Origin: a virus
IMG/VR virus record: IMGVR_UViG_3300011116_000655
Location: 13,870 to 77,869 of that record
Strand: one strand, 5' to 3'
Length of the DNA stretch: 64,000 nt
Under the pieces are notes generated by a model, which ran no database searches, had not been told where the DNA came from, and saw nothing but the letters and a program-made list of their open reading frames with translations. This document shows, piece after piece, positions 1 to 9,203 of the stretch. How positions within the stretch are numbered: the first letter of the stretch is position 1; each line of letters opens with the position of its first letter. Made by a program: the position numbers and the translations under genes.

Positions 1-1079
1 TGGCTTGGATAAGTTCTTTTTTCTGGTACGCCAATAATAGTATCTTTATCATTATCTTTGAGTGCCCTAATACGAACTCTTTGTAGTGGTGTAATACCTT
101 CAACCCCTTCTTGTTGATCAGCAAAGACTTCTGGTTTATTTAAGTCAAGACCTTGTAAATCTTCTGTTCGTACAGCAAACGCAATAGCACCTTCATTCTG
201 TGCTTCTGCAAGGGCACAATAAAAATAGCTTCCACCAGATGAATGACAAGATTCTATGTCTTCTTCTGGGAAGTCTGACATTCTTAATACATCAATAGGG
301 GCACGGGAAAGAACAATAGAATAATCATTGTTTTTTTCGCCTAATGTGGAATCATCTTCTGTTCCAAATTCTGTCCAACTACCATTTGTAAATCTGGTAT
401 TTCCTAATGTTGTTGCAAACTTAATAAGTTCTACGTCTTGAATAAGTTTTGATTGGTTTTTCTGCCACCAATCTGCCATTTTAGTTATTACATCAATTCT
501 TTGTTTGGCATTTACTATTCTGGATTCATTTAACTCAATGTCCCACTTCATTGATTGTTTTTTAGACTCTTCGGTTTCTGAATCTCTTGCAGCGTTCAAA
601 GCAGCTAATTTTGTTTCATGCTCTCGTAATTCTTGTTTTGTTACTACACCCAATTTTCTTAATGCATTTGCAACTGTTGTACTTGATTGCTTTAGTTGGT
701 ACTCGTAAGTTTTAGGATTTTGGATAGATTGTGTATAGGTTACAACAAAGTCAGCTATTTCTTGTGTTGTGTCTCTACCAGCTACTTTTGCTCTTACTTG
801 TTTTACTTGATCTGTAATTTCTACACTTGTACCCGCTGGTTGCATGTTATAAATAAAATCAAGTATTGTTTGTACTTTACCAATGTTTTTCTGAATAAAT
901 GGTATAGCAACTCTTAATTTATCACCAAAAATGTCACTAAATGGTAATACTGATGGGTTCCTTGTAGCAACTTGGGTAGCATTATTAATCAATCTTCTGT
1001 AATGTTGCTCCATTTCGTTGATTTTTTGCTTGCCAACGAAATCTTTCCAATTGCCATAAAATAAATTTTTGTTGCTCAT
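1..1079 (-). CDS. Large hypothetical protein, truncated by the window edge; probable late-expressed virion/internal protein
   Basis: Not in the ORF track because it runs off the edge. My translation from ATG at 1079 gives MSNKNLFYGNWKDFVGKQKINE...LPFSDIFGDKLRVAIPF..., and in the same frame YSIVLSRAPIDVLRMSDF...IESCHSSGGSYFYCALAEA. It is preceded by an AAGGA SD and the late motif at 1100-1107. Confidence 0.8.
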   Translation of the reverse strand, partial: MSNKNLFYGNWKDFVGKQKINEMEQHYRRLINNATQVATRNPSVLPFSDIFGDKLRVAIPFIQKNIGKVQTILDFIYNMQPAGTSVEITDQVKQVRAKVAGRDTTQEIADFVVTYTQSIQNPKTYEYQLKQSSTTVANALRKLGVVTKQELREHETKLAALNAARDSETEESKKQSMKWDIELNESRIVNAKQRIDVITKMADWWQKNQSKLIQDVELIKFATTLGNTRFTNGSWTEFGTEDDSTLGEKNNDYSIVLSRAPIDVLRMSDFPEEDIESCHSSGGSYFYCALAEAQNEGAIAFAVRTEDLQGLDLNKPEVFADQQEGVEGITPLQRVRIRALKDNDKDTIIGVPEKRTYPS

Positions 1080-1099
1080 TGTGTTTTCCTTATCGCAAG

Positions 1100-1107
1100 T
1101 AATTAGT
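1100..1107 (-). promoter_or_regulatory. Putative late promoter (ACTAATTA)
   Basis: Variant of the ACTA(T/A/C)TTA motif found upstream of structural genes; 20 nt upstream of the ATG. Confidence 0.55.
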
Positions 1108-1120
1108 TTTAGATACAAGA

Positions 1121-1148
1121 AAACCGCCAAGACTTAACATCTTGGCGG
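1121..1148 (-). terminator. Rho-independent terminator after hsp20
   Basis: CCGCCAAGA/TCTTGGCGG stem followed by TTTT on the minus strand. Confidence 0.75.
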
Positions 1149-1168
1149 CTTATTTTATGTCTTTTAGA

Positions 1169-1540
1169 CTAATTAACAGTTATTGTAGTTGCAGTATCCG
1201 ATGGTCTTGAAACTGTAACCTTAACAGTCAATACCCCATCAACATAGTCAGCAGTAGATTCACCGACCTCTACACGACCCATACTAAAATTATAGGTAAA
1301 TGGCTTACATCGATAGCCTTCTGACCCTGCATAAGAAACAGAAAGATTACCGTTCTTCATAACCCTTACACTAAACTTTGACTTATCCGCACCAGCAGCA
1401 TCAATGGTAGCTGTATACAAATTATCCTTGAAAGTAAAATCTACATTATTGATGTAGTTTCTTGGTGGAGGATAAGTAGAAAGTAAGTCTCTCGTTAACA
1501 TATCAAATGCGTTCATATTTAAGTTCTCCTTAAGGCTCAA
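1169..1540 (-). CDS. Small heat shock protein (Hsp20/alpha-crystallin family)
   Basis: IDAAGADKSKFSVRV...F.YNFS...TADYVDGVLTVKV matches the Hsp20 AxYxDGVLxV signature. Confidence 0.8.
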   Translation of the reverse strand: MSLKENLNMNAFDMLTRDLLSTYPPPRNYINNVDFTFKDNLYTATIDAAGADKSKFSVRVMKNGNLSVSYAGSEGYRCKPFTYNFSMGRVEVGESTADYVDGVLTVKVTVSRPSDTATTITVN

Positions 1541-1824
1541 CCAGCCTCACGCATATTCATAAACACCATTGAAGAACCGTCAACTGCTTCCTCAAGATTT
1601 TCATTTAGAAAATTACGAAGTGCCTTAGCCTCACGAATAGTAAGGTGGAATGTGCTTTCACTACGCCCATCGGGAATAGTTACAGATACACGGTTTGAGA
1701 GCCTACGCTTGCTAGTGTTATTACGAACAATACGAACACCAAAGCTTGAATACGAACGGTTTACATCAACATCGATGTTATCCTCAATGTCGGTAGTCTC
1801 GATAGCGTTACGGGCAAATGTCAT
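1537..1824 (-). CDS. Hypothetical protein
   Basis: 95 aa ORF overlapping both neighbours by 4 nt. Confidence 0.7.
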   Translation of the reverse strand: MTFARNAIETTDIEDNIDVDVNRSYSSFGVRIVRNNTSKRRLSNRVSVTIPDGRSESTFHLTIREAKALRNFLNENLEEAVDGSSMVFMNMREAG

Positions 1825-2204
1825 TCTGACTCCTTTGTGTTTTCTACACGGTTATAATCATCTTCAAGGCGCACAACATCATCAAGTTGTGGGGTAGATA
1901 CTTCCATTAGGTCAACAGGATAAAACCCTGCTGCAAAACGGTGAATCTGATTTGGCATGATGTGGAAGGCTTCTCCATAGTGGAGAGTGATCTTCTTTGT
2001 CTCTGTATCATCCTGTGAGCGTTTCGTCCATACGATTGCTTCCTCTGAGAGACAATAGATAGTCTCCATCTTCTGCGTATGGTATTGCAACGATAGTCGT
2101 TTTCCTGGGTTAATGTGAAGATGCTTAAAAGCATAACTCTCATTCACTTGAATAATCTCTTCGTATCCCCAAGGTTTATCTACTCTTTCTTTAACGCATT
2201 TCAT
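1821..2204 (-). CDS. Cupin, mannose-6-phosphate isomerase (type II C-terminal)-like
   Basis: VDKPWGYE...PGKRLSLQYH..KMET...HRF...EVSTPQLDDVVRLEDDY. Confidence 0.85.
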   Translation of the reverse strand: MKCVKERVDKPWGYEEIIQVNESYAFKHLHINPGKRLSLQYHTQKMETIYCLSEEAIVWTKRSQDDTETKKITLHYGEAFHIMPNQIHRFAAGFYPVDLMEVSTPQLDDVVRLEDDYNRVENTKESE

Positions 2205-2800
2205 CTAATAACTCCTTCACTCCAAAAGTGTTTGTTCTTTCTATCATCTGTTACAAAAGTTGCAACAATCCTTTCATCTTTAATTGAAAAAGTGTATGGC
2301 ATAAGATTACCGTACTTCTTTTTCTTGCCTGCTGTTATGCCAGAAAGATAGTTAATGCAACCAGCATAGATTGTCTTATCATCATAACCTGCTTGGCGGT
2401 ACTTATCAAGGTCTGTTGTGATGTAAGCCAAAACAGGCCAAACATTTTGATTACAACCCTTCACAGGATAGTGAGAACCAGAATAACGACCACCTCTGGT
2501 TTCAGAACCTGTCTCTGGAATAATACCCATCCATTGAGTTAGTTCTACAAATTGACATTCAAACTTTTCAATAGTGATTGGGATAAATGGGTCAAGCGTA
2601 TTTTCATCAAGAATACGACGCCTTTCAGCAGCATCTTCATCTACATAAACAGGCTTATCATCTTCTTTCTGTTTAGATGCCTTAGTGATTCTTGGCTTAC
2701 GCTCTTTTTTAGGTGTTTCCTCTTTTGCTTCTACTTTAACTTCTGCGACAGTTGTATCTTCTGTCTTTTTCTTTCTTGGAACGCCTTTAGGCCACGCCAT
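2201..2800 (-). CDS. Hypothetical protein with basic/charged N-terminal tail
   Basis: 199 aa ORF with SD (AGGAG); begins MAWPKGVPRKKK. Confidence 0.7.
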   Translation of the reverse strand: MAWPKGVPRKKKTEDTTVAEVKVEAKEETPKKERKPRITKASKQKEDDKPVYVDEDAAERRRILDENTLDPFIPITIEKFECQFVELTQWMGIIPETGSETRGGRYSGSHYPVKGCNQNVWPVLAYITTDLDKYRQAGYDDKTIYAGCINYLSGITAGKKKKYGNLMPYTFSIKDERIVATFVTDDRKNKHFWSEGVIR

Positions 2801-2808
2801 AAATACTC

Positions 2809-3009
2809 CTATGGTTCATAAATGTATGTGGAAGTTACATGATTACCAGCAACAACAGCAATTACTTTTACATTAGTTTTAGAAAGCTTTAGTAGTCTAA
2901 TTGCATCTTCAAGTGCCATTTTAGCATTGTGAGAGCCGTAAAATGTATTCAGATATGGTACGCTCTCAATCCCTTCCATACTCTGATATCCTATTACTGT
3001 CCAAAGCAT
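2809..3009 (-). CDS. Hypothetical protein
   Basis: 66 aa ORF packed in the operon. Confidence 0.55.
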   Translation of the reverse strand: MLWTVIGYQSMEGIESVPYLNTFYGSHNAKMALEDAIRLLKLSKTNVKVIAVVAGNHVTSTYIYEP

Positions 3010-3012
3010 CTG

Positions 3013-3300
3013 TCAACCCTTAAGAAGTGGTTTGATAGAATTCTGAATCTTCTCGTAAACAATCTCGATAGGACCAAGAACAGTAATGTCATAATTACCA
3101 TTAGAGCCACCACGCATAGTAACCCTAGTAAAATGCATGTTACGTTCAATACCTAGATTACTAAGTTTACCCTCGTTTAGATAATTTGTAAACTTATTAT
3201 CCTCTCGCACCATTACAACATGACTTGGATTTACAAAAACTGATCTAACAGAAAAATCATTAGCCATACTTTGCTCTACAATCTCAGTAAGTTTAACCAT
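3013..3300 (-). CDS. Hypothetical small beta protein (FlbD-like VFVNPSHV motif)
   Basis: 95 aa; SD GGAG; overlaps the upstream ORF. Confidence 0.6.
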   Translation of the reverse strand: MVKLTEIVEQSMANDFSVRSVFVNPSHVVMVREDNKFTNYLNEGKLSNLGIERNMHFTRVTMRGGSNGNYDITVLGPIEIVYEKIQNSIKPLLKG

Positions 3301-3523
3301 TTAGTTCTCCGTATGTATAAATGTTAAGTTTATCGGTATCCCAAACAATGTTGTCATTAGTCAACACTTTGATATGGGTGTAATTATCTTCTACAACCCA
3401 TCCTATCTCGGGAGCTTTTGTTTGTCTATAGTTATCAGCAGAAGAAATCGATGGATGAAATAACTCGACAGAAGCTGGAATCTTTACAGGTTCACCTACT
3501 TCATACTTATTCTTTCGATACAT
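3293..3523 (-). CDS. Hypothetical small SH3/KOW-like protein
   Basis: YEVGEPVKI...GWVVE pattern. Confidence 0.55.
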   Translation of the reverse strand: MYRKNKYEVGEPVKIPASVELFHPSISSADNYRQTKAPEIGWVVEDNYTHIKVLTNDNIVWDTDKLNIYTYGELNG

Positions 3524-3845
3524 CTTCTTCCGTCTGTCTGTTACTACTGTATCGTGCCTTCATGTACCCGTCAAGGATAGATTGTGCATCATCTAACTTA
3601 AGATCTAATTTAGCTAAATCTCTTCTAAAGAAGTCTATGTCCTCTAATGCACCTTGGATGTTACCTTCACGAATTAAATCTATAATACCTTTGTACACTT
3701 CATCTAAAGATAAAGGAAATTTATCTGACAAATGCTTAGAAACTTGATTTGGTACTTCATCAAGTTCTACTGTATAAGAAATTTTTACTTTCACGGATTC
3801 CTCACTATTTGAGTATAAGTAAATCCCATAGTTGTTTAGCGGCAA
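3507..3845 (-). CDS. Hypothetical coiled-coil protein (true start probably the GTG of VKVKISY, near 3794)
   Basis: Helical ORF; KISYTVELDEVP. Confidence 0.6.
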   Translation of the reverse strand: MPLNNYGIYLYSNSEESVKVKISYTVELDEVPNQVSKHLSDKFPLSLDEVYKGIIDLIREGNIQGALEDIDFFRRDLAKLDLKLDDAQSILDGYMKARYSSNRQTEEDVSKE

Positions 3846-4203
3846 GACCTATAATAGCAGTAATAGCAATCCAACTTACTTTTGACTGATTATCTTTCCA
3901 AGTTTCAAGTGTTGTAATCTTCAACAAATTAGCTGTGTTCGTGTCTTTAAGTGTTTGGATTTCTTTATCTAAATCAGAGTGCTTTCTTTCGTACTCTGCA
4001 TGTTTTTTACTGTGCGTTTCAAGGTCTTTGATTCTTGCATACAATCCGTCTTGAGGGTGGTAAACAGCATCTTTTATCTTAGTTATGTCTTTTGCTACAT
4101 CATCGTTACGTTCTTTTAGATTGTTGATAATGTTCATCATTCGATCTACTTTTTTGTCTATCGCAACGATGTAATCCTTTAACTCACTAAGCTCTGTTGA
4201 CAT
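3805..4203 (-). CDS. Coiled-coil protein with C-terminal transmembrane helix (XhlA-like architecture), late-expressed
   Basis: Heptad-rich body; C-terminal WIAITAIIGLAAKQLW; GGAGG SD; late motif at 4234-4241. Confidence 0.65.
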   Translation of the reverse strand: MSTELSELKDYIVAIDKKVDRMMNIINNLKERNDDVAKDITKIKDAVYHPQDGLYARIKDLETHSKKHAEYERKHSDLDKEIQTLKDTNTANLLKITTLETWKDNQSKVSWIAITAIIGLAAKQLWDLLILK

Positions 4204-4233
4204 TTACCAATCCCTCCAAGACAGCACTACAAA

Positions 4234-4241
4234 TAAATAGT
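4234..4241 (-). promoter_or_regulatory. Putative late promoter (ACTATTTA)
   Basis: Exact motif between the groEL stop and the next gene. Confidence 0.6.
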
Positions 4242-4242
4242 G

Positions 4243-5808
4243 TTATTGCTGAACAATGGAATAATTAGTTGTTATTAAAGTTCCTGCCGCTGATGCTGCA
4301 TTTTGTATTGCACACCTTGTAACTTTAACGGGGTCGATAACACCAGCGTCCATCATCATAATAATTTTACGATGTAGGAAATCATAACCAGCATCAAATA
4401 CTTCTGATTTAACCATAGATACAATAATGTCGGGAGATTCACCAGCATTTAGTGCCATTTGTCTAATTGGCTCTTCTGCTGCCCTAAGTACAATCTTGAC
4501 TCCTAAAGCCTGTTCCTCGTTGTCTGTAGTCACTTCTAGACCTTCTGTGGCTCTAATAAGTGCTACGCCACCACCTGGGACTATACCCTCTTGTTGGGCA
4601 CTACGGACGGCTTCTAGGGCATCTTCAATACGATGCTTCTTCTCAATCATTTCGACTTCTGTTGCAGCACCTACACGAATAATGCCAATACCAGAAGCAA
4701 GACGAGTAATACGCTCCTGTAAACGTTCACATTCATACATATTCTCCGTCTGTTGTAGTTCTGCTTTGATGATATCGATTTGTCTATCAACTTCTTCCAT
4801 ACCACCATGACCGCCAACAATTGTAGTTAAAGACTTAGCAATCTCAATTTTCTTGGCTCTACCAAAATCCTTAAGTTTAACGTCAGACATTTTTGTGCCA
4901 TTTTCTGTTGCAATAAAGTTTGCACCTACAGAGATAGCAAGATCTTTCATGATGTTTCTACGCTCTTCACCATAACGAGGAGCTTTAACTGCTGCAACCT
5001 TCATTGTGCCTCTCATAGCATTCATGATAAGCGCAGCAAGGGCTTGACCTTCAATTTCATCTGCAACAATTACAAATGGTTTTCCTTCTCTTGCAATAAG
5101 TTCAAGAACAGGTAGCATATCTTGTACAGAATCAAATTTACGATCTGTTACAAGAATGTAGGGATCTTCATATTTAACTACACCCCTTCTTTCATCATTG
5201 ATAAATGCTGATGCGAGATAGCCCGAATCGAAACGAAAACCCTCAACAATATCAAGAGAAGTATCGACAGAGCGTGCTTCTTCAATAGTAATCGAACCAT
5301 CTTTACCTACCTTGTCTACAGCAGTAGCAATTAATTTGCCAATTGTTCTATCGTTATTAGCAGAGATAGAAGCAACGTGTTCAATATCTTCTTCTGAAGA
5401 AATTGGTTTTGCAATCTGAGCCAAACGTGTGACAACAGATTCTACTGCTTTATCAATACCTCGCTTTAGCTCAATAGGAGATACACCAGCAGTTAGGTAT
5501 CGTTGAGCTTCACGAAGAATAGCTCGCGAAAGAACAACAGATGTAGTAGTACCATCACCAGCAAGTGTGGCTGTTTGTTGTGAGGCTTGTTTGATTACTT
5601 GCGCCCCTAGATTCTCAAATGGGTCAGACAACTCAACAAAATTAGCTACAGTTACACCATCTTTTGTAATGATTGGTGTTTTGCCTTTCTCTTGAAGAAT
5701 TACATTTCTGCCTCTTGGGCCTAATGTTGAAGATACATTATCTGCCAATACATTAGCACCCTTCAATAATGCTTCGGACAAAGTACGTCCATCACAATAC
5801 TGTTTCAT
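4243..5808 (-). CDS. groEL: Chaperonin GroEL
   Basis: TLGPRGRNV, ITKDGVTVA, AGDGTTT, GIVPGGG, GVIDPVKV; lacks the GGM tail. Confidence 0.97.
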   Translation of the reverse strand: MKQYCDGRTLSEALLKGANVLADNVSSTLGPRGRNVILQEKGKTPIITKDGVTVANFVELSDPFENLGAQVIKQASQQTATLAGDGTTTSVVLSRAILREAQRYLTAGVSPIELKRGIDKAVESVVTRLAQIAKPISSEEDIEHVASISANNDRTIGKLIATAVDKVGKDGSITIEEARSVDTSLDIVEGFRFDSGYLASAFINDERRGVVKYEDPYILVTDRKFDSVQDMLPVLELIAREGKPFVIVADEIEGQALAALIMNAMRGTMKVAAVKAPRYGEERRNIMKDLAISVGANFIATENGTKMSDVKLKDFGRAKKIEIAKSLTTIVGGHGGMEEVDRQIDIIKAELQQTENMYECERLQERITRLASGIGIIRVGAATEVEMIEKKHRIEDALEAVRSAQQEGIVPGGGVALIRATEGLEVTTDNEEQALGVKIVLRAAEEPIRQMALNAGESPDIIVSMVKSEVFDAGYDFLHRKIIMMMDAGVIDPVKVTRCAIQNAASAAGTLITTNYSIVQQ

Positions 5809-5828
5809 AAAAACTCCGTGTAAATGTT

Positions 5829-5856
5829 AATGTAATCTTATTTTATTAAGTGTCAA
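5829..5856 (-). promoter_or_regulatory. Sigma70-type promoter for groEL
   Basis: TTGACA-16 nt-TACATT on the minus strand. Confidence 0.55.
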
Positions 5857-7064
5857 GACTTTTTTTGATCTGACACAGCAGAAGTCATTTCCACTAGTGT
5901 ATCTTTGATTCTTCCTGCTGTGTCTGATGCGTCTTTACCAGAAACTGCATCATTATTGATTAAAAATGTTTTTGTTTTAAAATAAACATCATCAACGTCA
6001 ACTAATAATTCTTTCATTTTTTCTCTAAAAATTTGGATTTCGTGAGCTTGAGCAGAACAAATAGTTGCTACATCTTCTTGTGTAAGAGACAATTCAAATT
6101 TACTAAGTGTTCTTGCTTTATTAAAAAATATGTCTTTTGGTATAGCAAATGATGTTATTTTTTCTGTATCGCTAACACCATAATCTCTCATTAAATCAAT
6201 TTTTTCTTGTTCGCCTTTTGTTTCTTTGAATTCATAAAATAACTGTAATTGTCCATTTGGTTCATTTATTGCAATCTGAGGATTATGATTAGAAGGAAAT
6301 GATAAAAATATATCTAAACTAATAAAAGATATATTAAATTGTAGCGTTGTTTCTGAGGTTTTTGTAACTATAAGAAACCATAATTTGTCACTTTTACCAG
6401 TTTGGCTTCTTGATATTATGTTATTGTAGTCAAAGAAAGCCAACATATTTTGTAAAGAACCTTTGACAGAAGTAGATGGAGCCGTTAATTTTAAAGACCA
6501 ATATTCACCATCATCATCAATAAGGTCATAAATTGAATATTGATGTGGAGAAATTGTAACATTTTTTCCACCCAAAAATTCAATAAATGTTTCAAAAAAT
6601 GTTCCCGCTGTTTGAGAACTGTAATTTTTTATCATTGTAAAAATAGATGATGCAAACATAATATAAGACAAAGAGCTTGAAAAAGATTTTATTTTATTTT
6701 CTTTTATAAGATCTAATGCTTTTACAAAGTTTTCTAATCTTGTTTGTAAATTTGAACCTCTTGAAATTTTTTGTCTTAAAGTATCATAAAATACTTGTTG
6801 AGCTTCTGGTGTCTCTAGCTCTTGTGGCTTACCTCTAGCTAATTTCTTTACAAAATATTCAATTGGAAGTTGGGAAGCATGTGATAGTTCACCTCTGCTT
6901 ACTGGTTTTGGTCTATCTGCTAAATCGTCAACCTCGTTAAGTAATTGCTTAGTTTTTTCCATACTTTCAAATAGAGCAAAAAGCTCTTTAAGATCCATAG
7001 CTTTTGATTGTTGCTTTGGACTTAAAAAGCTTTCTACTAAATTATCTAATTCGTTATTGTTCAT
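5853..7064 (-). CDS. Late protein with putative PD-(D/E)xK nuclease-like domain
   Basis: AGTFFETFI...IYDLIDDDGEYWSLKL resembles the E...(P)D...(D/E/S)xK core; N-terminal ...LFE...LLNE; late motif 7070-7077 only 5 nt before the ATG. Confidence 0.5.
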   Translation of the reverse strand: MNNNELDNLVESFLSPKQQSKAMDLKELFALFESMEKTKQLLNEVDDLADRPKPVSRGELSHASQLPIEYFVKKLARGKPQELETPEAQQVFYDTLRQKISRGSNLQTRLENFVKALDLIKENKIKSFSSSLSYIMFASSIFTMIKNYSSQTAGTFFETFIEFLGGKNVTISPHQYSIYDLIDDDGEYWSLKLTAPSTSVKGSLQNMLAFFDYNNIISRSQTGKSDKLWFLIVTKTSETTLQFNISFISLDIFLSFPSNHNPQIAINEPNGQLQLFYEFKETKGEQEKIDLMRDYGVSDTEKITSFAIPKDIFFNKARTLSKFELSLTQEDVATICSAQAHEIQIFREKMKELLVDVDDVYFKTKTFLINNDAVSGKDASDTAGRIKDTLVEMTSAVSDQKKS

Positions 7065-7082
7065 GATACTAAATAGTCGAAG

Positions 7083-7778
7083 TTATACAATAATGTCAGC
7101 AATACCAAGTTTTACTGCTTCTTCCGCTGAAAGATAGACGTTTACTTTCTTATCAATCATTTTCTTAAGTTGGCGGAATGACATATTGGTTTCTGCTGCA
7201 AGTGCTTTTAGATAAGCATTTTGAATGTATCGAATTTCATCCATTTCATTTTCAAGATTGTGAAGTGGACCAGCGTTACCACCAATTACTGAATGAATCA
7301 TTACACGACAGTTCTTTCCAATTCTACGCTCACCTTTAGTACCAGCAGCAAGAAGAAGAACACCAGCGGACATTACTTTACCAACACCAAATGTAATAAT
7401 GTCACATTTGTTTTTGATAACTCGCATAATGTCATAAAGCGCAAACATATCATCTGCACTACCACCTGGGGTATTGATAATAAACTCAATAGGTTCGTTC
7501 TCTGTTAGAATCTCAGAATTTGGATCATCTGGATTTGCTGGATACTCTGCTTCACAATTTTCGGCAAGATCAAGCATTACACCAACAATCTGAGAAATCT
7601 TGGCTTCCTCTACTTCACCAAACAGACCAATCGTTCTTGATTCATCTTTGGCACCAGCAGGAGGCATAAAAAGCGTCATTGGCATTGTAGGTTTAGCAGT
7701 TTTTTCCTCTGCTTCATCTACCTCTTCATCGTGGTCATGTTCACCTTCGACTTTCTTACGAGATTTATTGAATAGCAT
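7083..7778 (-). CDS. clpP: ClpP-family protease
   Basis: IINTPGGS, GKVMSAGVLLL (Ser), RVMIHS (His), YLSAEEAVKLGIAD. Confidence 0.9.
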   Translation of the reverse strand: MLFNKSRKKVEGEHDHDEEVDEAEEKTAKPTMPMTLFMPPAGAKDESRTIGLFGEVEEAKISQIVGVMLDLAENCEAEYPANPDDPNSEILTENEPIEFIINTPGGSADDMFALYDIMRVIKNKCDIITFGVGKVMSAGVLLLAAGTKGERRIGKNCRVMIHSVIGGNAGPLHNLENEMDEIRYIQNAYLKALAAETNMSFRQLKKMIDKKVNVYLSAEEAVKLGIADIIV

Positions 7779-7791
7779 TTATACCTCTTTG

Positions 7792-8175
7792 TTAGATTCT
7801 TTTTTCTTTGATTAGCTTCTCAGCGTACTTGGTAGCAGTATCCCAATTATAAAATTGTAAGTCTTTTTTCAAAGGTTGTGGATAGCTGCTGACATAATGT
7901 ATGATAACCGATTCTTTCCAAGTTGTAAACCACTTGTCGAAAAGAGCTAACTGAAAAGTTATTTGCTCTTCTGTGGCACCTTTTTCTTTTAAGATAATGA
8001 TTCTCATTTCTCTTAAGTATTCTAACTGCTCTGCCATCATTATCAAGGATACTAAAATTCTATCTGAAAGTTTCCTTGTAAACTCTGTTGCAATTCCAAT
8101 GTCAAAAATAAATGAAAAGATTCTGGAAAAGATTATACCAGCAACAAAAAATAAAACCCATGATAAATAAGTCAT
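7792..8175 (-). CDS. Hypothetical protein with N-terminal TM helix
   Basis: LSWVLFFVAGIIFSRIFSFIF; GAGG SD. Confidence 0.7.
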   Translation of the reverse strand: MTYLSWVLFFVAGIIFSRIFSFIFDIGIATEFTRKLSDRILVSLIMMAEQLEYLREMRIIILKEKGATEEQITFQLALFDKWFTTWKESVIIHYVSSYPQPLKKDLQFYNWDTATKYAEKLIKEKRI

Positions 8176-8192
8176 GTTACCTCAAACAAAAA

Positions 8193-8234
8193 ACTACGCA
8201 GGATCATTATAACCCTGCGTAGTCAAAAGAGCAA
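8193..8234 (-). terminator. Terminator with embedded sigma70 promoter
   Basis: ACTACGCAGG/CCTGCGTAGT stem plus T-tract; TTGCTC (8234-8229)-17 nt-TATAAT (8211-8206), with the -10 in the loop. Confidence 0.7.
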
Positions 8235-8257
8235 CCTTTATTAATTTATTTTATTTA

Positions 8258-8827
8258 TCAGACTAATCTACGAATAACACGTTTGAGGACTTCATTTATA
8301 ACTTCATCATCTGTGAGGATTTCAATACCTTCTTCAAGTTTTTCATCCTCTTCGGCGGGTTCGGCAGGTTCATCACCCCCTTCATCGCCTCCCTCCATGC
8401 CGAGATCCATTTCCTCTTCTTCGCCTTCGCCACCCATTTCATCAGCTAATCCAAGGTCTTGAAGGGCATCCATTACTGCATCTTTAATAACACTTTTTAA
8501 ATCTTCAACTGAATCAAACTCTACTTCACCTTCGCCTTCCATACCTTCTTCTGGTTCCATGACAGAAGGCTCTTCCATATCCATATCTGCACCATCACCC
8601 ATTTCGCCCATGCCCATGCCCATGCCTTCTGGTTCTTCCATTGCGTCCATACCCATTTCTTGAGGTTCGTCTTTACGGGCATAACTGGCACCGCCATACA
8701 TTTCTTTTAATACTTTTTTACTTTTCTTATTTTCTGTAAGGAAATTTTCTGTTGCATTTTTGTCAATGTTAGCAAGTTTCATCCACTTTGCTACTTGACT
8801 TTCTGATAATAAAGGTTTCTTGCTCAT
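8258..8827 (-). CDS. Acidic Glu/Gly/Met-rich late protein, scaffold/internal-protein-like
   Basis: N-terminal LLSESQVAKWMKLANI, very acidic middle, C-terminal VINEVLKRVIRRL; late motif at 8848-8855. Confidence 0.65.
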   Translation of the reverse strand: MSKKPLLSESQVAKWMKLANIDKNATENFLTENKKSKKVLKEMYGGASYARKDEPQEMGMDAMEEPEGMGMGMGEMGDGADMDMEEPSVMEPEEGMEGEGEVEFDSVEDLKSVIKDAVMDALQDLGLADEMGGEGEEEEMDLGMEGGDEGGDEPAEPAEEDEKLEEGIEILTDDEVINEVLKRVIRRLV

Positions 8828-8885
8828 TTGTATTGCTCCTACACGAATAAATAGTGTCTAAATTATAAAAATACTTTTTTTTTGA

Positions 8886-9203
8886 TTAATCTTCAATATT
8901 TTCTAATATATCAAAAATATTTTCTATTTCATCCTTATTAAGAGCAAAGTCTTTTTCAAGTTCTTTGCCTTCTTTAATTAGTTTAATTCTTCCTTTTAAC
9001 CTAATTTTTGGATAATTTATAGTTTTTTTATACTCAAACCACCATTTCATAAATTCATCGTTATCGTCTAAATAAGCATCCACTACTGTTCTAAGGAATT
9101 TAGCACCATTAGTTTGGTCATACCTTAATTTAGCAACAAGTTGCGCTGCCTTTGCAGTTGGCATACGAAACGATAATTTAGTTAATTCGTCTTTAGGTTC
9201 CAT
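8886..9203 (-). CDS. Putative ribbon-helix-helix DNA-binding protein
   Basis: KLSFRMP beta strand followed by two helices ending FLRTVVDAYL. Confidence 0.5.
   Translation of the reverse strand: MEPKDELTKLSFRMPTAKAAQLVAKLRYDQTNGAKFLRTVVDAYLDDNDEFMKWWFEYKKTINYPKIRLKGRIKLIKEGKELEKDFALNKDEIENIFDILENIED

Noticed and set aside
8600-8630. GCCCAT tandem repeat
   Set aside because: Three units simply encoding GMGMGMG in a low-complexity acidic protein; no evidence of a contingency locus.
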